Source of the DNA: Promethearchaeota archaeon Loki_b31
GTDB taxonomy: Archaea > Asgardarchaeota > Lokiarchaeia > Sigyniarchaeales > SOKP01
Assembly (NCBI GenBank): GCA_005222975.1
Contig: NJBI01000002.1
Span: forward strand, 71,475-135,474
Length of the DNA stretch: 64,000 nucleotides
Direction of reading: 5' to 3'
A program made the translations under genes and the position numbers. The notes beneath the pieces are model-generated. The model did no database searches, had not been told where the DNA came from, and worked only from the letters and a program-made list of their open reading frames with translations. This document shows, in pieces, positions 1 to 10,347 of the stretch; position 1 is the first letter of the stretch; each line of letters begins with the position of its first letter.

Positions 1-176
1 CTATTGCATATCCAAACTTTAGAACTATACCTTTTTTATTGACACTAATGTTATTTTTTATCTCAATATAGTAATCTTGAGTTTTTTTAGAATTGTTGTT
101 TATAATTATCCTATCCTTTATGATTATTTTAAGATTAATTCGTAATAAAATTATAGAAAAAAAAAAGTGTATTATT

Positions 177-500
177 TTAACCTACAATGCCATCAGAATC
201 CAGTATATCAAAAGAACAAGCTAATCCTAATGCAATAAATGACACTGCCATAATACTATATTTTACAGCTACAATAGTACCTGCTGTATATAACAACTCA
301 ATTAGTGTGAGTGTAAGCCCTACCCCAAATAATATAATCATTAAAATTTGTTGAACTAAATCTTCCGTAAAGTAAACAGCGCCTATTGAAGTTAGTATTA
401 GATTGAAAAATCCCGTTATAGCAACTAACAGTGATCCTATAGTAATAGTACCCTCCGCAGCAAGGGCGAAAAGATAAAGAAATTCCGCCCCACCTAATTG
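177..500 (-). pseudogene. 5'-truncated membrane-protein gene fragment (not in ORF track)
   Basis: Hand translation gives LGGAEFLYLFALAAEGTITIGSLLVAITGFFNLILTSIGAVYF...ALGLACSFDILDSDGIVG, with the stop at 177-179. It has several hydrophobic helices and no plausible start before an upstream stop. Confidence 0.55.
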
Positions 501-517
501 ATATCCTTTGGGAACAA

Positions 518-760
518 ATGTGCAAATCTGCTGGTTTTAAATTCACCGTTGAAAAGTTAGAAAAAGGAACCCAGATAAAAGTATTATATTGTCCTTTAGT
601 GGATACCGCAAAGGAATTGGAAGCAACTGATTGGGGGTATCATTTCTATTGTTTATCCGATTATAGTATTGTGAAAGGATTCAATTCAAATATTGGATTT
701 AGAAGAACAAAGACTTTAATGGAAGGCTGTGTTTGTTGCGATCATTTCTATTTTAAATAA
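518..760 (+). pseudogene. C-terminal fragment of an L-2-amino-thiazoline-4-carboxylate hydrolase-like family protein
   Basis: CP...YCxxD...GFN..IGFRRTKTLMEGxxxCDHxY pattern; only 80 aa, N-terminal half missing. Confidence 0.6.
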
Positions 761-928
761 TTACAGAAATAGGAATTTATAATTATTTTTAACCAAATAT
801 TTACTAACTATAAATCGGATATTTTAGATTCAAAAAAATATAAGTAGATAATAAATTTGATGTTGATTTAAATTAAAATGTATTAAGAAAAAAACGAGAT
901 CTAAAAACATTTTAATTATAATATTATT

Positions 929-1924
929 GTGTATTGGAGCGTAAATTTCATGCCTGAAAGTAGCGTTATTTTAAACGATCTTAACAAGGTTTTTATACCT
1001 TGTCGAACGGTATTAGAGATGGAAGCATTAACATCTTTGTTTTTAGAATATTATAACTACGATCTGATCAAAGAGGTTCCCAAAAGTCAACCATCCAGCC
1101 AAAAAATTATAGGAATTTTTCGAATTTTAGAATGCCAACCTCTTGAGAGGATTATTGAATATTTTATCGAGGTAGTTGTGCATAAACTCAAACCAATCGT
1201 GATGTATGCAAGGGACCATCAAGATCGATTTAGAATGGGAAATGTAGTGGCTTACACTAAAACGCGCGTGTGTCTCTATCTAGCGCTGCATAGATTAAAG
1301 TTAAAATTTTTGATCATCAATCATTTTATGAAGGAATTTAAAGAGAATAAATTTAAATTGAATTTACCGGAAGAACAAGAGAGTTTAGGCGCTCACGCGT
1401 TTATGGCTTCTTTCTATAAGAACTACACTCATAAGAATAAAATGAATCTGAGATTAATGCTTTCAACGAAAAGAGTTTCAGAGAGAGTTAGTAAATTAAT
1501 AGATCTTAAGGACATTGTAACTAACGAGGATATTATTTACGCAATAACTTTTAAAAAGTTTTTAGATGACAAGAATCGAATTAAATTTATTATGAGAGAA
1601 ATTAAGGCTTCACTATTCGTATGCAAAGTCATGTTCGCACAAATGGATGTTCTTAACCCTTTTACCGTTGGTAAAGAAACTATGATCGATGCTGAAGAAA
1701 TTATGTTAAGCCAAGATTTTATACCAGTACTAATACCCGCGATTTCAAATTGTTATTTAGGGAATAATCCGGCTCAACTTGAAGATTTATTTCGAGCTTA
1801 TGAATTTATGATGAAAAGAGTATTGGAAGGACTTAATTATGGCATAGAAATAGCTTCAGGAGGCCAAATAATTCTCGATTTAGATGATACAATATACAAT
1901 TCAGGAAATATCTTCGATATTTAA
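929..1924 (+). CDS. hypothetical protein
   Basis: 331-aa ORF with no recognisable motif; the likely start is the ATG of MPESS at 950. Confidence 0.75.
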   Translation: MYWSVNFMPESSVILNDLNKVFIPCRTVLEMEALTSLFLEYYNYDLIKEVPKSQPSSQKIIGIFRILECQPLERIIEYFIEVVVHKLKPIVMYARDHQDRFRMGNVVAYTKTRVCLYLALHRLKLKFLIINHFMKEFKENKFKLNLPEEQESLGAHAFMASFYKNYTHKNKMNLRLMLSTKRVSERVSKLIDLKDIVTNEDIIYAITFKKFLDDKNRIKFIMREIKASLFVCKVMFAQMDVLNPFTVGKETMIDAEEIMLSQDFIPVLIPAISNCYLGNNPAQLEDLFRAYEFMMKRVLEGLNYGIEIASGGQIILDLDDTIYNSGNIFDI

Positions 1925-1994
1925 GTAATATGCTGAAACTTACGCGATAGAAGAAGATAATAAAAAGTAAAAAATTGAATTTAATTCATATAAA

Positions 1995-3107
1995 TTATTG
2001 TCGCTCTTTTAAAGCCTTTGCATATCTCTCGTATTTCCTTTTGCCAAAACCTATTACTTTAGCTAACATTTCTGACTTTTTGACGGATGTGTTAAATTCG
2101 TTTGGCTCTTTAATATAACCTTCTTTTAAAGCATTATTGTAAATTTCTTCGCCAATTTTAGTTCTTATCACCGTCGTAGTGAATCCATCTTGCGACCCTA
2201 AACCCCCAAATGATATGTCTGCATAAACATTGGAAAAATCTCTGCAAGCGTAGCAAGCTGCTCTAGTAATACCTCCCAATTCATTAAAACCTATGTGGAT
2301 GGATTTCTGATTTTGAAGATTTAATATAAGGTCTTCTTTGATATTCATTTTTTCAACTTCGCTAAACGAGAAGTTAAATTTTTCTTCCAATTCTTTTCGT
2401 CCTTCAGTACTGAAAGAAAAATTTAAATTGCAAAATAGCCCTAAAGTATATTTTATTATGTGTGCTGGCAAAATACTCAATTCTTGCATTTTCCTAATAG
2501 ACATAATTTGGCAAGGGGTACCAACGACTGCAATGCTCATCATATCCGAGCTAACGACTTTTTTTAATTTAGCTATTGTAGGAATGAAAGTATTATAGTT
2601 TTCTAAACCAACAACGCCTTGAGATAAATCAAAATGAGATCCTGCGGCTTCAATTAATTCTTCTTTAGTTGTCGCAAAGAAGGGTACTCGGTTAAACGGT
2701 CCTTCCTTTTTAGAAACTATTGCCCCATTTATTAAATTACGATCTAATAAATAACTGAGAATGGCAGTGACCGCACCTCCATCAGTCGCGTTCTTTAAAA
2801 TTTCTTCCGAATTAGCTTTATTCGAAGTAATTTTCAACCAATTACCTATGGATACTTTATAATCGTATCTTTCATTTAACTCCTTATCTAACACATGAGT
2901 TTGGGGGCAAATTAAATAACAGATACCACATTTTAAACAATTATCTTTATTATAATATCTTGGAGGGCCAGATTCAGACATCTCGATTGCTTTTATCTCG
3001 TGTGCTGAGCAAAAACTCACACATCCTCCACATTCTCCACAAATTCCAAGTTCGTGAACATCTTTTATTAAATCATCAAAAGATTTTGGTAAAACTTCGT
3101 CAACCAT
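1995..3107 (-). CDS. FrhB/FdhB/FpoF-family F420-interacting subunit with N-terminal 2x[4Fe-4S] domain
   Basis: CxxCxxCxxxC twice, ATDGGAVT, VGTPCQ, GLFC, CxxCxDF...ADISFGGLGS..G.TT..IRT..G. Confidence 0.85.
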   Translation of the reverse strand: MVDEVLPKSFDDLIKDVHELGICGECGGCVSFCSAHEIKAIEMSESGPPRYYNKDNCLKCGICYLICPQTHVLDKELNERYDYKVSIGNWLKITSNKANSEEILKNATDGGAVTAILSYLLDRNLINGAIVSKKEGPFNRVPFFATTKEELIEAAGSHFDLSQGVVGLENYNTFIPTIAKLKKVVSSDMMSIAVVGTPCQIMSIRKMQELSILPAHIIKYTLGLFCNLNFSFSTEGRKELEEKFNFSFSEVEKMNIKEDLILNLQNQKSIHIGFNELGGITRAACYACRDFSNVYADISFGGLGSQDGFTTTVIRTKIGEEIYNNALKEGYIKEPNEFNTSVKKSEMLAKVIGFGKRKYERYAKALKERQ

Positions 3108-3155
3108 TTTTTAACCTACCTTTTTTTTATTTTTATTTGAAATTTATTTAATTTT

Positions 3156-4001
3156 TTAATATTCGGTTGGCAATTTTTTAAGCTCTGCCAAAGAAAAAAC
3201 GGGACCATCGATACAGACATATTTATTGCCAATATTGCATCTCCCACATTTTCCAACTCCACACTTCATCCTCATTTCTAATGAATTTAGTATCTGTTCG
3301 TCATTAAATTTTAATTCTTCTAGAACTGCTATCGTCGTCTTAATCATGATTGGGGGGCCACACACTACAGCTATAGCGTTATCCGAAGAAGGGGCTACTT
3401 CCTTTACAATAGGGGCTACGAAACCTACTTTTTCTTTCCACCCTTCCTCTTCGCGATCAATCGTTAAAACCACTTCAATATCGTCGTGTTTTTTCCATTC
3501 TTCTAAAACATTGCGGTATAAAACTTCACCGGAGTCGCGATTTCCATAAATCACCGTGATCTTCTTGTAATCTTTTCTGTGCTTCTCGTTTAGCAAATAA
3601 ATAACGAGGGACCTTAAAGTTGAAAACGCGAACCCCCCACCAATAACCACAATATCCTTACCCTTCATTTCTTCAATAGGCCATCCGTTTCCAAAAGGAC
3701 CTCTTACGCCTACAACATCTCCAATATTGCAGTTGTGAAATTCCGATGTTACGGTTCCCATCTTTTTTATAGTAAATTTAATCGAGCCTTCTTCAGTAGG
3801 AGATGAAGCAACTCCTATAGGTGCTTCACCCTTTCCTATTAAACTTATTTCAGCGAATTGTCCAGGAATATAATTGAATTTATTATAATCTTCTTCTTTT
3901 TTAAATTCTAATTCAAGAGTTTTAATGTCATTAACTTTGTTTTCAGAAACAATATTTTTTATAGTGGTTAACGTTGGGATATAAAGATTAGGCACTTGCA
4001 T
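3156..4001 (-). CDS. flxA: FAD/NAD(P)-binding [2Fe-2S] oxidoreductase (FlxA/HydG/AsrB-like)
   Basis: PGQF, RGPFGNGW, VVCGPPIM, MKCGVGKCGRC...CIDGPVF. Confidence 0.85.
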   Translation of the reverse strand: MQVPNLYIPTLTTIKNIVSENKVNDIKTLELEFKKEEDYNKFNYIPGQFAEISLIGKGEAPIGVASSPTEEGSIKFTIKKMGTVTSEFHNCNIGDVVGVRGPFGNGWPIEEMKGKDIVVIGGGFAFSTLRSLVIYLLNEKHRKDYKKITVIYGNRDSGEVLYRNVLEEWKKHDDIEVVLTIDREEEGWKEKVGFVAPIVKEVAPSSDNAIAVVCGPPIMIKTTIAVLEELKFNDEQILNSLEMRMKCGVGKCGRCNIGNKYVCIDGPVFSLAELKKLPTEY

Positions 4002-5049
4002 TCTCCTCCTCTTTTGGTTTTATATTATTTATTTTATTAATTATTGTTCTGAGATCGTTATTAACTGGGCATACTTGGATACATCGTCCACATCCCACAC
4101 ATCCAATTATATCGTAATTCAAGGGGTAATAACTAAATTTGTGTAATATACGATTTCGGCATCGCTCAATATTACTATTGCGGGGATTGTGACCGCTCGT
4201 ATGAAGGGTATAAAGGCAGAATTGGCAAGTATCCCAGATTCTTATTCGTCTGCCACGATTCTCGTATTGAGCATTCTCATCGATAACATCAAAACAAGTG
4301 CATGTAGGGCATAAAAATGAACACGATCCACACCCTAAACAATTTTCGCTAACCTCTTCCCAAATTGCGTTGCCAAAATTACTTTCTAAAATCTCACTCG
4401 TGTTAGTTAGATCTAATTTTGTGGTTATTAAATCTTCTGCCTTCTTTGCTAATTCTTGTGCTTTTTTTATGTCTGCTTTAGAAGCTTTTAGAAGCCATGA
4501 CAATTGTTGAATTAAGTTATTACCTTTATCACTTATACCTTCTACTAAATATTTATCGCCTAAATCTACTAAAAAGATATCCATATCATCTTTTTGGAAG
4601 GGATGTCCTTCTATCGACGTACAAAAACATGTGCTTCTTGGAGAATTACAACCAATTCCTATTATTAAGCTATTTTCTCTTTTTTTTAAGAATATCTCAT
4701 CTTGGAAATCCCCAAAAGCAAAGAATTTTTCTAATAGATCAAAACTATGAGCATCGCACGGTCTTATACCGAAAAGAATATTTTTTTCGTCTAAATCTTT
4801 TCTATCTTCAATTTCTATAACATTTTTACCATCTGTTTTAAATTCAAAAAGAACTTCCATCTGTGGAAACAAAATTTCTTTTGGCGGAATTTTAGAATTG
4901 AAATAATTTAATTCAATTTCTTCTGGGTTTGAAATTTTTCTATAAGCAATATAACCTTTTTCTTTGACGGGAGCAAAGAAATTATATTCTCCTGATAACT
5001 CATTATATAACTTTGCGACCTGATCTTTCATTAAAATCATTACTTCCAT
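3988..5049 (-). CDS. flxB: 4Fe-4S dicluster protein (FlxB/HydB/AsrA-like)
   Basis: FGIRPCD, CFC, CLGCGSCSFLCPTCTCF, WDTC, CVGCGRCIQVCP. Confidence 0.85.
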   Translation of the reverse strand: MEVMILMKDQVAKLYNELSGEYNFFAPVKEKGYIAYRKISNPEEIELNYFNSKIPPKEILFPQMEVLFEFKTDGKNVIEIEDRKDLDEKNILFGIRPCDAHSFDLLEKFFAFGDFQDEIFLKKRENSLIIGIGCNSPRSTCFCTSIEGHPFQKDDMDIFLVDLGDKYLVEGISDKGNNLIQQLSWLLKASKADIKKAQELAKKAEDLITTKLDLTNTSEILESNFGNAIWEEVSENCLGCGSCSFLCPTCTCFDVIDENAQYENRGRRIRIWDTCQFCLYTLHTSGHNPRNSNIERCRNRILHKFSYYPLNYDIIGCVGCGRCIQVCPVNNDLRTIINKINNIKPKEEENASA

Positions 5050-5065
5050 TTTCTTACCACCTATA

Positions 5066-6103
5066 TTAATCCTCTTCCATCATAAATTCTTCTTTATCAT
5101 TTATATTAAACGACATCATTGGAGGTACCGTTTCTTTATCAATACCTGAAGTAAAGTTATATCTTTCTTTTACAATTTTCTCTAATTTTCTTGTTATTAA
5201 ATTCAAATCAATACCCATGGGGCAAACGCTACTACAAGCGCCACAAGCAACACATCTACCCGCTAAGTGCATAGCTCGATTAAAATGAAAAGCAAAAATA
5301 TCTGTAAAATCAGTTGTTTTTCCAAACCAAATGGGTTTATTTTGGTCCACGAAACACAGATTGCAATAACACATCGGACACACTTCTCTACACGCATAGC
5401 ATCTCGTACATGCGCTTAAAGTATCTTTAATATACGCCCATTTTTCTTCAGAAGTTTTGGATTCAAAATCAGAAATATCGTTAAAATCATCTTCAATAAC
5501 GGGATTTTCTAAGCATTCTCCTACACATGAACCATCCACGTTAGGAGGGGATTTGACTTTACAAACTTTACATAATTCATTCATATATTCGTCGAAAGGA
5601 AATGTTTCTTCAAAATCTCTTCCCTTTACGATAATATTATTACCCAAAATAGAGATTTCTAATATTTCTCTTTCTCCAATTTCCTTCTCAATTCTTTTTC
5701 TATTTATTATTCCATTACAGGAAATTCCTATCATTTTAATATTTTCAAAATTAATTTGATTCTCGACGGCTAAGTGAATTAATGCTCTTCCAACGCAACC
5801 TTTTGCGACAATACCAACTTTCAATTTTTGACCCTCTTCGTCGTACAGTGTAGGAATTCTAGGAGCTAAATAATTAGCTAAATTTACATAACATAAATTA
5901 TTCCACAACAATTTATCCACATCTTCTTCATTCGTAATGAAAACTGGAGAAGAGCTTAAGGGGACCGTTCCCTTTGTATAACCGATAATTACATCAACTT
6001 CCTTTTCTCTAAGCAACTTCCTTGCTAATTCTTTAATCTTATTTTCAATGTCTTGGTTTTCTGATTCAATATCCCCCACTTTTTTATCACCATTTTTTCT
6101 CAA
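5066..6103 (-). CDS. flxC: 4Fe-4S protein (FlxC-like)
   Basis: VDVIIGY, KGC, CTRCYACREVCPMCYC..C, HLAGRCVACGACSSVCP. Confidence 0.8.
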   Translation of the reverse strand: MRKNGDKKVGDIESENQDIENKIKELARKLLREKEVDVIIGYTKGTVPLSSSPVFITNEEDVDKLLWNNLCYVNLANYLAPRIPTLYDEEGQKLKVGIVAKGCVGRALIHLAVENQINFENIKMIGISCNGIINRKRIEKEIGEREILEISILGNNIIVKGRDFEETFPFDEYMNELCKVCKVKSPPNVDGSCVGECLENPVIEDDFNDISDFESKTSEEKWAYIKDTLSACTRCYACREVCPMCYCNLCFVDQNKPIWFGKTTDFTDIFAFHFNRAMHLAGRCVACGACSSVCPMGIDLNLITRKLEKIVKERYNFTSGIDKETVPPMMSFNINDKEEFMMEED

Positions 6104-6548
6104 ATTTTTTATTTGGTCCCAGTTTTTTAACCAATTTGGTGGTTTTTCTTATCAAAACAGCAAAACGTTCACCTTCAGCAGCAGAAGCCCACATAAAATT
6201 AACTCTATCTGGTTCAATTCCGAAGAATTCTAATAGATCCTTTAAAATTCCAAACCTTCTTCTAGCTACTAAATTTCCTGTTATATAATGGCAATCTCCG
6301 GGATGGCATCCAGAAACCAGAACTCCATCCCATCCATCTAATAATGCTTTTACTATAAAATAAGGATTTATTCTACCTGAACATGGAACTCTAACTACTC
6401 TAATATTTGGAGGGTATTGAATTCTACTCACTCCTGCTAGATCTGCTCCAGCATAGGAACACCAATTGCATAAAAATGCTAATATCTTAGGTTCCCATTC
6501 ATCATTACTATTTTTTATTTGTTCTGTTTCACTCGTAATTTCGTTCAT
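6087..6548 (-). CDS. mvhD: MvhD/FlxD [2Fe-2S] subunit
   Basis: FLCNWCSYAGADLAG, RVPCSGR, GCHPGDCHY, WASAAEG. Confidence 0.92.
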   Translation of the reverse strand: MNEITSETEQIKNSNDEWEPKILAFLCNWCSYAGADLAGVSRIQYPPNIRVVRVPCSGRINPYFIVKALLDGWDGVLVSGCHPGDCHYITGNLVARRRFGILKDLLEFFGIEPDRVNFMWASAAEGERFAVLIRKTTKLVKKLGPNKKFEKKW

Positions 6549-6552
6549 TTTA

Positions 6553-9500
6553 TTAATTCCTCCCAGTTATCATTGCAAATATTTGTTCACCTGTGAAACC
6601 GCGAATGTCAATGGCAGCACACCTGCAGTTACCTGCACACGCCCCACATCCTTTACAGAGTATCTGGTTTATATATGCAACTCTACCGAAATGCCTATCA
6701 TCGATTAATTCAATAGCATTATAGGCGCAATTCTCAATACACATCCCACACCCAGTACAACGAGCCATGTCAATCTCTCCGATTTTACCTTCAACCTCGA
6801 TCTCATCTTTAGAGAGAATTGTACAAGCCCTTGCAACAGCTGCGTTAGCTTGAGCAATAGAATCCTCAATTGTCTTTGGACAATGTGCTAATCCTGCCAC
6901 AAATACGCCTTCTGTAGCGAAATCTACTGGACGTAATTTAACATGGGCTTCTAAAAAGAAATTATCGTTGTTTAAAGGAACTTTTAGCATTTTTGCTAAC
7001 TCCTCGTTATCCTCGCGTTTTGCTATAATACCCGCACTCAAAACTAAAAGGTCGGATTCAATTGTAATTTCTCCCATCTTCTGAGTCTTTAATTTAACTT
7101 TTAATACTGAACCTTCTGAAATTATTTCTGGAGGATCATTTTCTTCGTATTTAATGAATATTACTCCATTTTCTCGCGCTTTTCGATAATACTTTTCTTT
7201 AAACCCATATGTTCTTATATCTCTAAATAAAACTACAACTTCAACATTTGGATTTTTCTGTTTTGCCAAAAGAGCGTTCTTTATCGCTTCAGCACAACAC
7301 ATTTTACTGCAATAGGGATGGTCGTCGTTTCTAGAACCAACACACTGGATCATAACTACTGATTTTTTATCGTTAATATCATTAGAGGTGTTTAATAATT
7401 TTTCAAATTCCGATTGTAGAATTACTTTGTTATTCTGACCGTATGAATACTCTGTAGGTTGATATTCACTGGCTCCTGTAGCTACAATCACCACTCCATG
7501 CTCAAACTCTGTTTTCTCTTTATTTGAACCGTGGATAACTGTAGTCTTAAAATTTCCAATATAACCATCAATAATTTCAATTTCTGCTTGAGTAAAAACA
7601 CGGATTAATTTGTTTGAATTGATTTTTTCAATTAAATCTGATATAAATTCTTGAACATTGCCACCTTCAAGCGTGGTATATATATGTCGAGCAAATCCCC
7701 CCAATTCTTTTTGTTTTTCAACCAAAAACGTCTCATATCCTTGCGTTGCAAAATTAAGTGCAGCAACCATTCCGCTAATTCCCCCTCCTACAATTAAAGT
7801 TTTTTGCGTTACTGGTAATTTTATCCGTTCGATAGCCTCAATATTTCTTGCTTTATTTACAGCCATCCTCACGAGGTCCTTCGCCTTTTCGGTTGCTTTT
7901 TCCCACTCGTTCATGTGAACCCAAGAACATTGATCTCTGATATTTGCCATTTGAAATAAATATCTATTTAAACCCGCTTCTCTAATTGTTTCTTGAAACA
8001 ACGGTTCGTGAGTTCTTGGCGTACAAGAAGCAACAACGACGCGGTTAAGGTGATATTCCTTTATTACATCTTTTATTATCGTTTGAGTATCTGCGGAACA
8101 TGTATATAAATTATTATCTGCTAAAACTACATTTGGAAGATTACTTGCATATTTGGTAACTTCTGGTACATCTAAAAAGCCCCCTATGTTAATTCCACAG
8201 TAACAGATAAACACACCAATTCTGGGCGGTTGACCTCTTACAAATATCTCCGGAGGAAGCGTTTTTTCTGTTATTAATGTACCTTTCTTTTCGTGTAAAA
8301 GTTGATTAACGCAACCAGCAGCAGCACTAGCTTGCGTAACTGTATCTGGAATGTCTTTAGGAGAAGAAAAAGCTCCACATGCAAATATTCCAGGTTTTGA
8401 TGTTTGTACGGGGTTAAAAATATCTGTTATAGCAAAATCATATTCATTTAATTCTACGCCGAACTTCTCCGCAAGAAATTTAGCGTCGTTAGGAGGATTT
8501 AAACCAACGGCAAGGACTACCATGTGATAATCCTCTTCTACTATTGTACCATCTTCCGTTTCATATTTAATTCTTAAGTCTTTCGTTTCTGGTACTTCGG
8601 TTATTGAAGATACACGGCTTCTAATATAGCGAACTCCATATTGTTCTTGTGCCCGAATAATATATTTATCAAAATCTTTACCATATGCCCTTACATCCAT
8701 GCTAAAAATCGTTGGCTGTATTTGATGCATGTGTTCATGGGCAATTACTGCTTCTTTCGCAGTATACATACAACATACTGACGAACAATAGGGCTTTCCT
8801 TTACCTGTATAATCACGAGAGCCTATACATTGGAGGAATGCTACTTTTTCTGGGACATCTCCGTCCGAGGGTCGTAATACTCTCCCCGCGTAAGGACCAC
8901 TAGCACTCAAAATTCTTTCAAACTCTATACTCGTAACTACGTTCTTATACTTTCCATACCCATAAAGGTTACCTTCTGATGGAATGTATTCGTCAAACCC
9001 AGGAGCCAATATTATTGCACCAACATTAATTTCGGCTTCCTCGTCTTTTCTATCGTATTCTATGGCTTTTGCTTTGCAGACTCCTTGACATATTCCGCAA
9101 CCAATACAATAATTTTTATCAATAGCAAATACGAGAGGTACTGCTTGAGGATATTTAACTGATGTTGCTGCATATTTCGCTAAACCTTCATTAAAGACAT
9201 CAATCGCTTCAACAGGACACTCACGACCACATACTCCACAACCAGTGCACTTTTCAGGGTTTATATATAACGATTTTTTTAGTACTTTTATTGTAAAATT
9301 TCCAGCTTCTCCTATAACATCTTGAATTTCACAATTAATACTCAAATCTATGTTCTGGTGTCGCCCAGTTTCAACTAACTTAGGACTTACAATACACATC
9401 GCACAATCGTTCGTAGGAAATGTTTTATCCAACTGTGCCATTACGCCACCAATGCTCGTCGTGGATTCAATCAAATAAACTTTGTATCCCGAATCTGCTA

Positions 9501-9567
9501 AGTCTAATGCCGCTTGCGAACCTCCAATTCCCGCACCTACAACCATTACTGCCCCAATCTTTTCCAT
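6553..9567 (-). CDS. hdrA: large heterodisulfide reductase subunit A-like flavoprotein (two FAD modules, 1004 aa)
   Basis: GAGIGG, LDKTFPTNDC, QCIGSR, CSSVCC, CTPRTHE, NIRDQCSWVH, second GGGISG, EAHVKLRP, C-terminal ferredoxin motifs. Confidence 0.92.
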   Translation of the reverse strand: MEKIGAVMVVGAGIGGSQAALDLADSGYKVYLIESTTSIGGVMAQLDKTFPTNDCAMCIVSPKLVETGRHQNIDLSINCEIQDVIGEAGNFTIKVLKKSLYINPEKCTGCGVCGRECPVEAIDVFNEGLAKYAATSVKYPQAVPLVFAIDKNYCIGCGICQGVCKAKAIEYDRKDEEAEINVGAIILAPGFDEYIPSEGNLYGYGKYKNVVTSIEFERILSASGPYAGRVLRPSDGDVPEKVAFLQCIGSRDYTGKGKPYCSSVCCMYTAKEAVIAHEHMHQIQPTIFSMDVRAYGKDFDKYIIRAQEQYGVRYIRSRVSSITEVPETKDLRIKYETEDGTIVEEDYHMVVLAVGLNPPNDAKFLAEKFGVELNEYDFAITDIFNPVQTSKPGIFACGAFSSPKDIPDTVTQASAAAGCVNQLLHEKKGTLITEKTLPPEIFVRGQPPRIGVFICYCGINIGGFLDVPEVTKYASNLPNVVLADNNLYTCSADTQTIIKDVIKEYHLNRVVVASCTPRTHEPLFQETIREAGLNRYLFQMANIRDQCSWVHMNEWEKATEKAKDLVRMAVNKARNIEAIERIKLPVTQKTLIVGGGISGMVAALNFATQGYETFLVEKQKELGGFARHIYTTLEGGNVQEFISDLIEKINSNKLIRVFTQAEIEIIDGYIGNFKTTVIHGSNKEKTEFEHGVVIVATGASEYQPTEYSYGQNNKVILQSEFEKLLNTSNDINDKKSVVMIQCVGSRNDDHPYCSKMCCAEAIKNALLAKQKNPNVEVVVLFRDIRTYGFKEKYYRKARENGVIFIKYEENDPPEIISEGSVLKVKLKTQKMGEITIESDLLVLSAGIIAKREDNEELAKMLKVPLNNDNFFLEAHVKLRPVDFATEGVFVAGLAHCPKTIEDSIAQANAAVARACTILSKDEIEVEGKIGEIDMARCTGCGMCIENCAYNAIELIDDRHFGRVAYINQILCKGCGACAGNCRCAAIDIRGFTGEQIFAMITGRN

Positions 9568-9571
9568 AATC

Positions 9572-10342
9572 TTATCTCCCCCATAACCTCATAAATATTG
9601 GTGTATTTCCTTTAATCTCTTGAAAGTCAACTTGACCGCGAGTTTTTAAAGTTAGTACATGCTCTAAAATTATACTCGGATCAATCTTTAACTCAACCGC
9701 TAAATCTTTTACAGAATTCGAATCTTTTTCTAAAGCAAGTAAAACTCGGTGCCGCTCAAATTCATCTGTTATCGCTTTATCCATTAAAATGTTAAAGCTC
9801 TGCTCAATGATTTGTTCCCCATAGACATTTTCACTTTCAAGTAGGGTTTTCTCTCTTCCTACTAATGCTCGCATCCTATTACTACCCGCGGCCAATTTTA
9901 TTGCTTTAAGTTTATCGAGTATATCTTCGTCGGGATTCTCCCCACTTAGGGGTGAAGGACCTAATTCTTTAATGTGCTTAATGAATTCGGTTACAACTTC
10001 ACCAAATCTAGTACCTTCCGAAGCAGAAACCCAATCTAATCTCACTCTTTTATCAAAGTTAATAAATTTAAGAAATTGTTGGGTCATATCAAATTTGGTT
10101 ATTGCTTCGTAATTTCCTTCAAGATAATGGCAATCTCCGGGATGACATCCCATTACAAATACTCCATCGATTCCTAATTCAAAAGCGTGAAAAATAAATT
10201 TAGGGTCAACTCGACCGCTACACATGACTCTAATTACTCGCATATTCGTAGGGTATTGAATTCTGCTAACACCTGCTAAATCGGCACCAGCATAGGAGCA
10301 CCAATTACATAAAAAACCTAAAATTTTTGGTTCAAAACTCAT
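9572..10342 (-). CDS. mvhD: MvhD-family protein with C-terminal extension (probable winged helix)
   Basis: MvhD motifs in about the first 130 aa; tail SVKDLAVELKIDPSIILEHVLTLKTRGQV. Confidence 0.85.
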   Translation of the reverse strand: MSFEPKILGFLCNWCSYAGADLAGVSRIQYPTNMRVIRVMCSGRVDPKFIFHAFELGIDGVFVMGCHPGDCHYLEGNYEAITKFDMTQQFLKFINFDKRVRLDWVSASEGTRFGEVVTEFIKHIKELGPSPLSGENPDEDILDKLKAIKLAAGSNRMRALVGREKTLLESENVYGEQIIEQSFNILMDKAITDEFERHRVLLALEKDSNSVKDLAVELKIDPSIILEHVLTLKTRGQVDFQEIKGNTPIFMRLWGR

Positions 10343-10347
10343 CTTTA

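Noticed and set aside
298-546. 82-aa minus-strand ORF in the track
   Set aside because: Another frame on the same strand gives a much more protein-like membrane sequence; this ORF is treated as a shadow.
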